Positions 45,593 through 52,031 of a stretch of 52,031 nucleotides of DNA are shown here, in pieces. A program made the translations under genes and the position numbers. Each line of letters starts with the position of its first letter. The first letter of the stretch is position 1. Origin of the DNA: Acinetobacter phage AM106; sequence record MH115576.1. One strand, written 5' to 3'. The notes under the pieces are model-generated. The model made no database searches and was not told where the DNA came from. It saw nothing but the letters and a program-made list of their open reading frames with translations.

Positions 45593-46038
45593 TGTTCAGC
45601 TCCCGATACGTTTGGCACACTATGAAAATGCATCCAATGTGAAGGTGGATCATTTTGATAGTTTGCCCATACGCTATTTAAATCCTCATCAATAGTCATA
45701 TAGTCTTGTTCTGGGGTGACATCAGGAGCATCTGCCCAACAAATAAGTACCATTATGTCAGTAGGTGGCAATTCATCATTCACGCTAATCCACGTTGGAA
45801 CTTTGGATTTCATGAAATTCACGGCTTTTTTCCACATTGCCCAACCACTATTTACACGATGGTAAACATCAAAAAGGTCTTCTTCACTTAGATCAGTTTT
45901 GACGCCTTCAGCAATATCAAAACAACCAGCATTCATATCAAATTCGAGTACATCTAGATGTCCGGGAATCCAATATTTTTCTTTAAAGAAAGGTAATTGT
46001 TCAGACCAAAAAGCTTGTTTTGTTTTTAAATCAATCAT
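45589..46038 (-). CDS. Hypothetical protein (possibly DUF551-like)
   Basis: 149 aa; C-terminal 'PPSHWMHFHSVP' reminiscent of DUF551. Confidence 0.25.
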   Translation of the reverse strand: MIDLKTKQAFWSEQLPFFKEKYWIPGHLDVLEFDMNAGCFDIAEGVKTDLSEEDLFDVYHRVNSGWAMWKKAVNFMKSKVPTWISVNDELPPTDIMVLICWADAPDVTPEQDYMTIDEDLNSVWANYQNDPPSHWMHFHSVPNVSGAEQ

Positions 46039-46041
46039 TAC

Positions 46042-46299
46042 CTAAGCCCTCAAATATTCTTCTTTAGTCCACTCAACAAACTCTTTATAAAGCTGCTGGG
46101 CAGGTTTATTTAATCGGTTGTGATAGTCGATCGTTATGCGCCGCCAAGCTACAGGTACCGCATAATGCTTGGTTAGAAACATCGCTTGATCCATGCCTTG
46201 CCGGACTATTACGTAGCCCAGCAATTGCAAGTAGTACATAAAACCAAGCATGTGTTTTGGGCTCACTTTCTTGTACTGATCTTTCATATTAGAGGCCAT
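46042..46299 (-). CDS. Hypothetical protein
   Basis: 85 aa ORF. Confidence 0.3.
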   Translation of the reverse strand: MASNMKDQYKKVSPKHMLGFMYYLQLLGYVIVRQGMDQAMFLTKHYAVPVAWRRITIDYHNRLNKPAQQLYKEFVEWTKEEYLRA

Positions 46300-47599
46300 C
46301 CTCTAAAAGATAGGCTGGCTCATGAGTGGCTGCATTGAGTTGACTACGGCGCTTTTTGGCCATATTCCATAAGGTTTTATGAACGTCTTGATGGCGTGAA
46401 GGAATTTCTAACTCTAATTCTTCAAGCGTTTTTAGATCTGCCGCATATTGGAGGCGGACGATTAAAGGTGATAATCCATCATCTTCTTGTTTTGTTTGCT
46501 TTAACTCTGCAAGGCGTTTGTGCATTTCATTTAATAGTGGCTTACGTTGTTCCTCCGTCCATTTAGTGGTGTAACGGATAACACTATTAACTTCTTCAGG
46601 GGTATGAAAGTTCTGGATGCTTTGAACTAATGATTCATAATTTTCAGGCATTGAAATGGTTGCCACTTCATCATTTGCTTGCGCATCTAAATCAGAAAAA
46701 ACTTGTTCACTAGCTGTATCAGCAGCATCCATTTCAATAAAATCGAGTTCAATTAATCGTTCTTGCTTAGCCAGATTTATTTGGTCAATTTGCTCTTGAG
46801 TAAAGCCTTCTTTTTCAAGATTCGCACAAGTTGAATCTAGCTCTTTTTCTGACTGGCAAATACGGATTGCATCAAGCAAAATTTCAAATTGGGCATTAAC
46901 ATTCGGCTTAATATTAAGTTCGTTAGTAACTGGAGTTAATAGGTCTTCGGAAGCTGTGACATTAGTTTGTTCTGTAATAACAATCGCACTATCTAAAGCT
47001 GATCCTATATTTTCTGAAATATCTTCGGATTGCACCAATGAGTCTTCAGAAGTAGTTACATTTGTTTGCTCAGTAATAACAATTGTAGGTTGTTTAACTT
47101 CATCAACAATTTCAGAAGTCTTTTCTACAACTACTGTCTGTGCACCTTTTGATTTCTTAGCACGCTGTTTCTTTGGTTCGTCACCTAGGCGAATAACACT
47201 AAAATCGTCACTAACTTCAAAACCTAACGCTTTAGATAGTGCTTTTAATTGAAGCTTGGCGTTTTCTGCATCACGTTGAACAAAGCCGCTATTAATAGAT
47301 TCAATTAATGCGGTGGTTCTAAAATTCACGACGTAAATAGAAGGCGAATATGTAGTAATTACAAAAACATCCTGTCCTTCCTCATATTCATCAATAGTTA
47401 ATGGCTTTGTGAATGTAATGCCAGCCAGCTCAATAGTTTCGATTTTGATGCAGAATTCAAAACCCGGTTTACCAAAAACAGAAGCGGGGAATTGATCTAA
47501 GTCAGAAAAGTCCAACATGTCTCCAATAGGACGACATAGAACAGTTTTACCTTTTTGAAGTGCTGCAAATGCTTCTTGAGCAGTTAAAATATTTTTCAT
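46289..47599 (-). CDS. Hypothetical recombination-module protein with internal tandem repeat (IVITEQTNVT(T/A)SED(S/L)L x2)
   Basis: 436 aa; start overlaps Sak4-like gene; acidic repeat region. Confidence 0.3.
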   Translation of the reverse strand: MKNILTAQEAFAALQKGKTVLCRPIGDMLDFSDLDQFPASVFGKPGFEFCIKIETIELAGITFTKPLTIDEYEEGQDVFVITTYSPSIYVVNFRTTALIESINSGFVQRDAENAKLQLKALSKALGFEVSDDFSVIRLGDEPKKQRAKKSKGAQTVVVEKTSEIVDEVKQPTIVITEQTNVTTSEDSLVQSEDISENIGSALDSAIVITEQTNVTASEDLLTPVTNELNIKPNVNAQFEILLDAIRICQSEKELDSTCANLEKEGFTQEQIDQINLAKQERLIELDFIEMDAADTASEQVFSDLDAQANDEVATISMPENYESLVQSIQNFHTPEEVNSVIRYTTKWTEEQRKPLLNEMHKRLAELKQTKQEDDGLSPLIVRLQYAADLKTLEELELEIPSRHQDVHKTLWNMAKKRRSQLNAATHEPAYLLEDGL

Positions 47600-48732
47600 G
47601 CTATCATCCCCGTTTTCGCTAAGGTTTCAATTTCTTGTTTAACTGCCTTAAGTTTTGCCGCTTCAATTTGGATAAGGGCATCGATACCTAAGTGCTCACA
47701 AACTGTTTTTACATCGAGGCCACGTTCAGCAATAAAGTTTTGAAGTTCATCTCTTTGTTGATCTGAGATACCGTTAAATTCAGGTGGACTAATCCAAGTG
47801 CCACGTTGTTTATCAAACGTGCAATTCAATGCTTTAGCTCTCATTAACATTGCTTGTCGCATGTTCTGGTAATACATGTGTTCTTTATCAAGCGACTCAG
47901 TTAATTGATTAAGGTCACCTGCATGCTCAGCTTCTTCACAGCTTTGTTTCCAGTTTTCTAGCTCTTCTTGGGCTTTAGCTGCTGCAAGTTGTGCAGGCGT
48001 TAAGGTGTTAATGTGGTCTTTAGCTTGAGTAATCAGGTCAGCCAAGAAAGTGGGATGTGCTTTAAGATCTGGTACCCACACTTCACCAGTTTCACCACCT
48101 AAAGCACCTGAGTTTTTCGCATGATGTGTAGGTGAGGGTTTGAAATTAATAACGCGGGCATTTTTACCTTCACCAGTAGTAACAGTTGTTAGATAACCCA
48201 TGACATCTGCGATACGGTAAAGCTCGTTACGGTTTTTACCACCTAGATCTGGGCGGTAAATAATTTGATCACCGTTTTGATCTTCTGATGCGTGTGCAAT
48301 GAAAACAACATCTTTACCTAAACTGATCAAAGTATTGATGTATTGCTTGAACGTTTGGTTCGCTAAACCTTGAGCCTTTAACTTTAAAGAGCCATCTTTT
48401 TGACGGTTATTTGCCGTAAGTAACAGATGGGTTTTAATGCATTCAAGCATTGCACCCACGGTATCAATGACTACGGTTTTATATGGTGCTAAGTCCTGCG
48501 GAGTAAGGTTAGCTACATCACTCCATTGTTGTACCTGTACGACTGCACCACGCCGTAATTCACCAGTACGGTGAGCACCACGGTCAAAGTCAAAAGAAAT
48601 TGCTTTTTCCGCAGTAAAACCCATCGATGATTTACCTAAACCCGGATCAGCGTATAGGTACACAATAATTGCTTGAACCAATAAAGTTTGGTCAGCAGTA
48701 ATAATCGGTAGAGCCATTTTTCTTATCCTCAT
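47596..48732 (-). CDS. Sak4-like RecA-fold ATPase (AAA_24 family), phage recombination
   Basis: Walker A 'YADPGLGKSSM', Walker B-like 'TVVIDTV'. Confidence 0.5.
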   Translation of the reverse strand: MRIRKMALPIITADQTLLVQAIIVYLYADPGLGKSSMGFTAEKAISFDFDRGAHRTGELRRGAVVQVQQWSDVANLTPQDLAPYKTVVIDTVGAMLECIKTHLLLTANNRQKDGSLKLKAQGLANQTFKQYINTLISLGKDVVFIAHASEDQNGDQIIYRPDLGGKNRNELYRIADVMGYLTTVTTGEGKNARVINFKPSPTHHAKNSGALGGETGEVWVPDLKAHPTFLADLITQAKDHINTLTPAQLAAAKAQEELENWKQSCEEAEHAGDLNQLTESLDKEHMYYQNMRQAMLMRAKALNCTFDKQRGTWISPPEFNGISDQQRDELQNFIAERGLDVKTVCEHLGIDALIQIEAAKLKAVKQEIETLAKTGMIA

Positions 48733-49052
48733 CTAGAGCCGGTGAAGCCGCGTTTTTGCTTGTAAGCTTTGCGGTCATAAGTAGGGATATTTGTTTCACG
48801 CAGTTTTATAGCGAGCTGCTTTCTGCGCTGAAAATCGATTTCTTGGGTGAGTTCATTCCAAACTTTTGGATAAGAAGTTCGGAACCTGAACACATTTAAA
48901 GGCGTCTTAACTCCGTCTTTAACTTTGTAAAGAACTGAGCCATTAGCATTAGATGCGTACACTTGCCAGCCAATACGAACAGAGTAGAGGCCCTTATCAT
49001 CACGGCCTAAAAATGACTTGTAGCCGTCGGGGTGCTTTTTGAAATGAGTCAT
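48729..49052 (-). CDS. Hypothetical protein
   Basis: 107 aa coupled ORF. Confidence 0.3.
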   Translation of the reverse strand: MTHFKKHPDGYKSFLGRDDKGLYSVRIGWQVYASNANGSVLYKVKDGVKTPLNVFRFRTSYPKVWNELTQEIDFQRRKQLAIKLRETNIPTYDRKAYKQKRGFTGSR

Positions 49053-49054
49053 CT

Positions 49055-49495
49055 TTAAGCCTCCACCAACTTGTTACGTTCGATGAAGCCTTTTAGAAGG
49101 TCATTGATGTTGCGGATGTCTTCAAATTCGGTGAAATCGTTATATGACTTACCGTTAATGTCAGTAATTTCATTTACCGTGAGTTGAGTAATATCAACAG
49201 CGGTAAATTCAGAACCCGGAACGCCGTAACTGTCTGGATGAGCTTCAAAATCAAAGCTAACGTTTAAACGGAAGCTATCTAATTTGATTACGGCAACGCC
49301 AGAATGTTTACCTGTGATTTTTGCGGTTAAAACACCGTAAGTACTTGGTTGAGTCTTAGGGGTAAATAGAGAAGGGGCTTCTTTTGTTTGGAAAGCTGGT
49401 TGCAATTGGCAAGCAACTAAAGAACCACCAGAGATTGCAAGAGCAGCCATGCTGACAAATGCAAATGAGTTGAAAGGAGGAGCTTTTACGTTCAT
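49055..49495 (-). CDS. Lipoprotein (lipobox LVAC) of unknown function in the leftward early operon
   Basis: 'MNVKAPPFNSFAFVSMAALAISGGSLVAC' signal peptide from ATG 49495. Confidence 0.4.
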   Translation of the reverse strand: MNVKAPPFNSFAFVSMAALAISGGSLVACQLQPAFQTKEAPSLFTPKTQPSTYGVLTAKITGKHSGVAVIKLDSFRLNVSFDFEAHPDSYGVPGSEFTAVDITQLTVNEITDINGKSYNDFTEFEDIRNINDLLKGFIERNKLVEA

Positions 49496-49649
49496 AATTG
49501 ATCTCGCATATAGCAAAGCACATCGGACCTGGGGAGGGGCGGTGTGCTTTTTTGTTATCTGGTGAAAATTATTAAACCTTAGATTTAATTTTGATGCAAT
49601 AGATATTTAAACCTAAGATTGAATTTATTTTAAATTTTAGATTTAATAG

Positions 49650-49678
49650 ACAAAAGAAAACCCACCGTGGTGGTGGGT
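49650..49678 (-). terminator. Minus-strand intrinsic terminator (CCCACC..GGTGGG, T-rich 'ttttcttttg' on minus)
   Basis: Read directly. Confidence 0.45.
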
Positions 49679-49986
49679 TGGTCGCTGATTTAACCTGACA
49701 AAGGTATTTTTATGAAATTAGATCAGATACTAAATATGCAAATGTTTATTAGCATGGTAACAATACTTGTGAATATTGCCATTTGGTTCACATTTTAAAG
49801 AGAGTTCTTATGTGTGAAATAAAGTTGACGAGAGCTGGTCTGTTAATTAGCTTAATACCTCTAATCACCTCAATTGCTTTACTTGTTAAGAGGGTGCTAC
49901 TGGTGGATATGTCATGAAAATCAAAAACAAACGTATAGTAAATTTTGTGCTTAGTTTTATCTCAATGTGCTCTGTTATCGTTACTC

Positions 49987-50319
49987 TCATTTTAGTATTG
50001 CAACAACACCAGTGACTGCAGCAATTAAGGCCAGCAGCACCCCAACATAAGCAGTCCAATGCGGTTTGCTGGATTTTTTAATCTGTCTTGATGTCAATTC
50101 ATAGCTTATAGCTTGTAGAAGTGGTGCTGGGATAATTCCGCTTCGGCCTTCACCGCTTAAAAGCATCATTAACTCGTCATCTGAAAGTTGCTTGATTTCT
50201 TCTAGCGTTAATTTAACTTTGGGAGGCCTATATTTTTTAGCGGAATCAGGAATAACTACTTTAGGTATCTTATACATATATTCTCTACCGATATGGTTTA
50301 AAGCACTGTGTCGGGTCAC
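49987..50319 (-). CDS. Tail-anchored membrane protein (C-terminal TMD)
   Basis: C-terminal 'WTAYVGVLLALIAAVTGVVAILK'. Confidence 0.35.
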   Translation of the reverse strand: MTRHSALNHIGREYMYKIPKVVIPDSAKKYRPPKVKLTLEEIKQLSDDELMMLLSGEGRSGIIPAPLLQAISYELTSRQIKKSSKPHWTAYVGVLLALIAAVTGVVAILK

Positions 50320-50327
50320 GGTTTCAA

Positions 50328-50543
50328 TTAAACAAAAAGCTGAATCCGCTTAAATTCTTTATTAGCCTCAATATGACTTCTATAAAATTTATCTTTATCT
50401 TCTGAATCAACAAACTCTTTGAATGTGGTTGCTTCAAGAAGTCTGTAAATAAACCTTTCACCTGTTCTAAGCACTACCGTCAACAAGAAGTGTTGATAAA
50501 GAACATGGCTGATATTACGGGAGTTAACTTCAATTTTTTGCAT
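50328..50543 (-). CDS. Hypothetical protein
   Basis: 71 aa ORF. Confidence 0.3.
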   Translation of the reverse strand: MQKIEVNSRNISHVLYQHFLLTVVLRTGERFIYRLLEATTFKEFVDSEDKDKFYRSHIEANKEFKRIQLFV

Positions 50544-50600
50544 ATTGTGGATTCCACTTCATTTCCTAATATTCCTCCAACCCTAAACTAATCTTTTTTA

Positions 50601-50891
50601 TTAAATTTCCTGCTGCCCTGAAAACTCAATTCTTGAAATGAAATCAATAGGCAAGGCCAGCTTTTCACCAACAATAGTTTCGAAGTGAATCCATATACCT
50701 GCAGCTTCATTTTCAAAATTCACACTGATTATCTTTACTAAGTTGTAAGGCTCCGCAGCCCCCATCATGATGATATTGAAGCGGTGATCTTCACGAACAT
50801 AAGAAATAAGCATCTGATGAATTGCCATTTGTTCAGTGCTTGTTAGATGCCTGTATTCGTAAAGTTCTGGTGGCATATATTTTTTATTCAT
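50601..50891 (-). CDS. Hypothetical protein
   Basis: 96 aa ORF. Confidence 0.3.
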   Translation of the reverse strand: MNKKYMPPELYEYRHLTSTEQMAIHQMLISYVREDHRFNIIMMGAAEPYNLVKIISVNFENEAAGIWIHFETIVGEKLALPIDFISRIEFSGQQEI

Positions 50892-50930
50892 TACGAATCT
50901 TACCTCATCAACTTCTTCTTATTTACCTTT

Positions 50931-51230
50931 TCAAGTGCTGTACTTTTCTAGAAAATCATCAACCCAGCCTTGCGCTTGCTCCAAATTACTTATATCTGAT
51001 AGTTTTAAATTAGTACCTTCAGCTTCATTAAATCCTTCGATTATAGCCTCAAAGATATTTGCTTCATTAATGACCTCACATGCCATTTCAGTAGCGTCAT
51101 AACTTTGCTTGGCTTTTTTAAGTGAGGCTATTTGTTTTTCAATACCTTCGCCAATTTTACCTAATGCTAATTTGAACTCTTGGCGATTAATCGTTAGCGC
51201 AGTTTTGGATTTATTAAGTGTTGCGATCAT
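50931..51230 (-). CDS. Hypothetical protein, first gene downstream of cI in the leftward operon
   Basis: 99 aa acidic helical protein. Confidence 0.3.
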   Translation of the reverse strand: MIATLNKSKTALTINRQEFKLALGKIGEGIEKQIASLKKAKQSYDATEMACEVINEANIFEAIIEGFNEAEGTNLKLSDISNLEQAQGWVDDFLEKYST

Positions 51231-51269
51231 AATACCCTCTTTTCTTTAAAAATTAATTACTTAGCTCGC

Positions 51270-51995
51270 CTAAATTTCACCATCATAAGAATGAGAAACA
51301 TATTTACCAATGATGCCAATATGCTCCAAGTCTTGCGGCTCAACGATCTCTCTTTCATAGCTAGGATTATCACTATCAATAATCAAGGCTCCGTCATATC
51401 TACGAGATAATCTTTTGATTTTTAGTTCATCACCATACCTGATTGCATACACCTTTCTGTTCTGAACTTGCTCTAGTCTATTAACAGACTTGTCGATAAT
51501 TACAACGCTGCCGCTTGGTATCCTTGGTTCCATACTGTCACCATCAACATCCACTTCTACAAGATTTTTAGGTGAAACTTTTTTCTTATGAAACCACTCC
51601 ATGCGTTGTGCGCATCCCGTCATCCTGGTTGTTGGCTCAAATTCAACCAGTCGGCCATTACCTGCGGAAAACTTGACGTCTACATGCGGAATAATCATAA
51701 AAGAATTAGGATCGAGGTCATCCGGTGCTTCCCATGCCATAACTGGCCTATATGCATCAGCATTCTCAGGATTGTCAGCCAACTCGATCATTGATCCAGA
51801 ACCATCTAGCAACCATCCGGCACTTACTCCAGTTAAAGCCGCTAGCTCTTTCAGGGTTTCCTTACCAATTTTCCCCTTTTTCCAGTTAGATGCAGCTTGA
51901 GCTGATAGTCCCAATTTGAGAGATGCTGCTGACCATTTTAGATTTGCATAATCAAGTGCTGCTTGGATGCGTTCAGCTATAGATTCCATAATCAT
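51270..51995 (-). CDS. CI-like repressor: N-terminal XRE HTH + C-terminal S24 (LexA-like) autopeptidase
   Basis: 'GDSMEPRIPSGSVVIID' Ser nucleophile motif and 'KIKRL' Lys; N-terminal HTH 'LKELAALTGVSAGWLL'. Confidence 0.8.
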   Translation of the reverse strand: MIMESIAERIQAALDYANLKWSAASLKLGLSAQAASNWKKGKIGKETLKELAALTGVSAGWLLDGSGSMIELADNPENADAYRPVMAWEAPDDLDPNSFMIIPHVDVKFSAGNGRLVEFEPTTRMTGCAQRMEWFHKKKVSPKNLVEVDVDGDSMEPRIPSGSVVIIDKSVNRLEQVQNRKVYAIRYGDELKIKRLSRRYDGALIIDSDNPSYEREIVEPQDLEHIGIIGKYVSHSYDGEI

Positions 51996-52031
51996 TAATA
52001 AAATAAACCTTTGGTTTAAAATTCTATTGGA

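Noticed and set aside
1-52031. Integrated prophage with host flanks
   Set aside because: No host housekeeping genes are present. int and attP are internal and flanked by collinear phage modules.

Overview
This 52 kb window is wall-to-wall phage genes with no recognisable host housekeeping genes. It reads as one complete temperate lambdoid siphovirus genome, linearised inside the cI/cro intergenic region: a Cro-like gene opens the window on + and a CI-like S24 repressor closes it on -. Read + strand, the order is: immunity region; rightward early and replication genes (DUF1376/O-like initiator, HNH, DUF1064 nuclease, a Q-position gene); an accessory cassette (Dam-family methyltransferase plus a four-gene operon); then the packaging, head and lambda-like tail modules. 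The tail module contains a G/GT chaperone with a GGGAAAG -1 slip site, a tape measure with an SLT domain, M, L, K and I homologues, and a 3,489-aa J-like fibre. A lysis cassette follows (two small membrane proteins, a GH108 endolysin and a small lipoprotein). A P4-type tyrosine integrase sits in mid-genome with a repeat-rich attP-like region, followed by excisionase, the leftward early genes (Sak4-like ATPase, a lipoprotein, membrane proteins) and cI. The integrase is flanked by phage genes on both sides, which fits the excised or circular phage form rather than an integrated prophage with host flanks. Composition is AT-rich; a GH108/PG-binding endolysin and AT-rich codon usage make an Acinetobacter-like host a weak guess only. 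Accessory content worth attention: (a) an orphan Dam methyltransferase followed by a terminator-delimited four-gene operon (basic lipoprotein, small coiled-coil protein, DUF559/Vsr-like PD-(D/E)xK-fold protein, HExxH metallopeptidase-like protein) between the Q-position gene and the terminase; (b) a hicAB toxin-antitoxin plus lipoprotein moron, with its own promoter embedded in a 10-bp inverted repeat, inserted between the tail chaperone and the tape measure; (c) a giant J protein of about eight tandem modules separated by a conserved coiled-coil repeat, with a free-standing copy of that repeat as a small gene flanked by duplicated terminators 23 kb upstream; (d) intrinsic terminators throughout the late region; (e) three tandem small hydrophobic ORFs antisense to the leftward operon. 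No tRNA, rRNA or CRISPR array was seen. All calls are by eye from sequence motifs, with no database searches.
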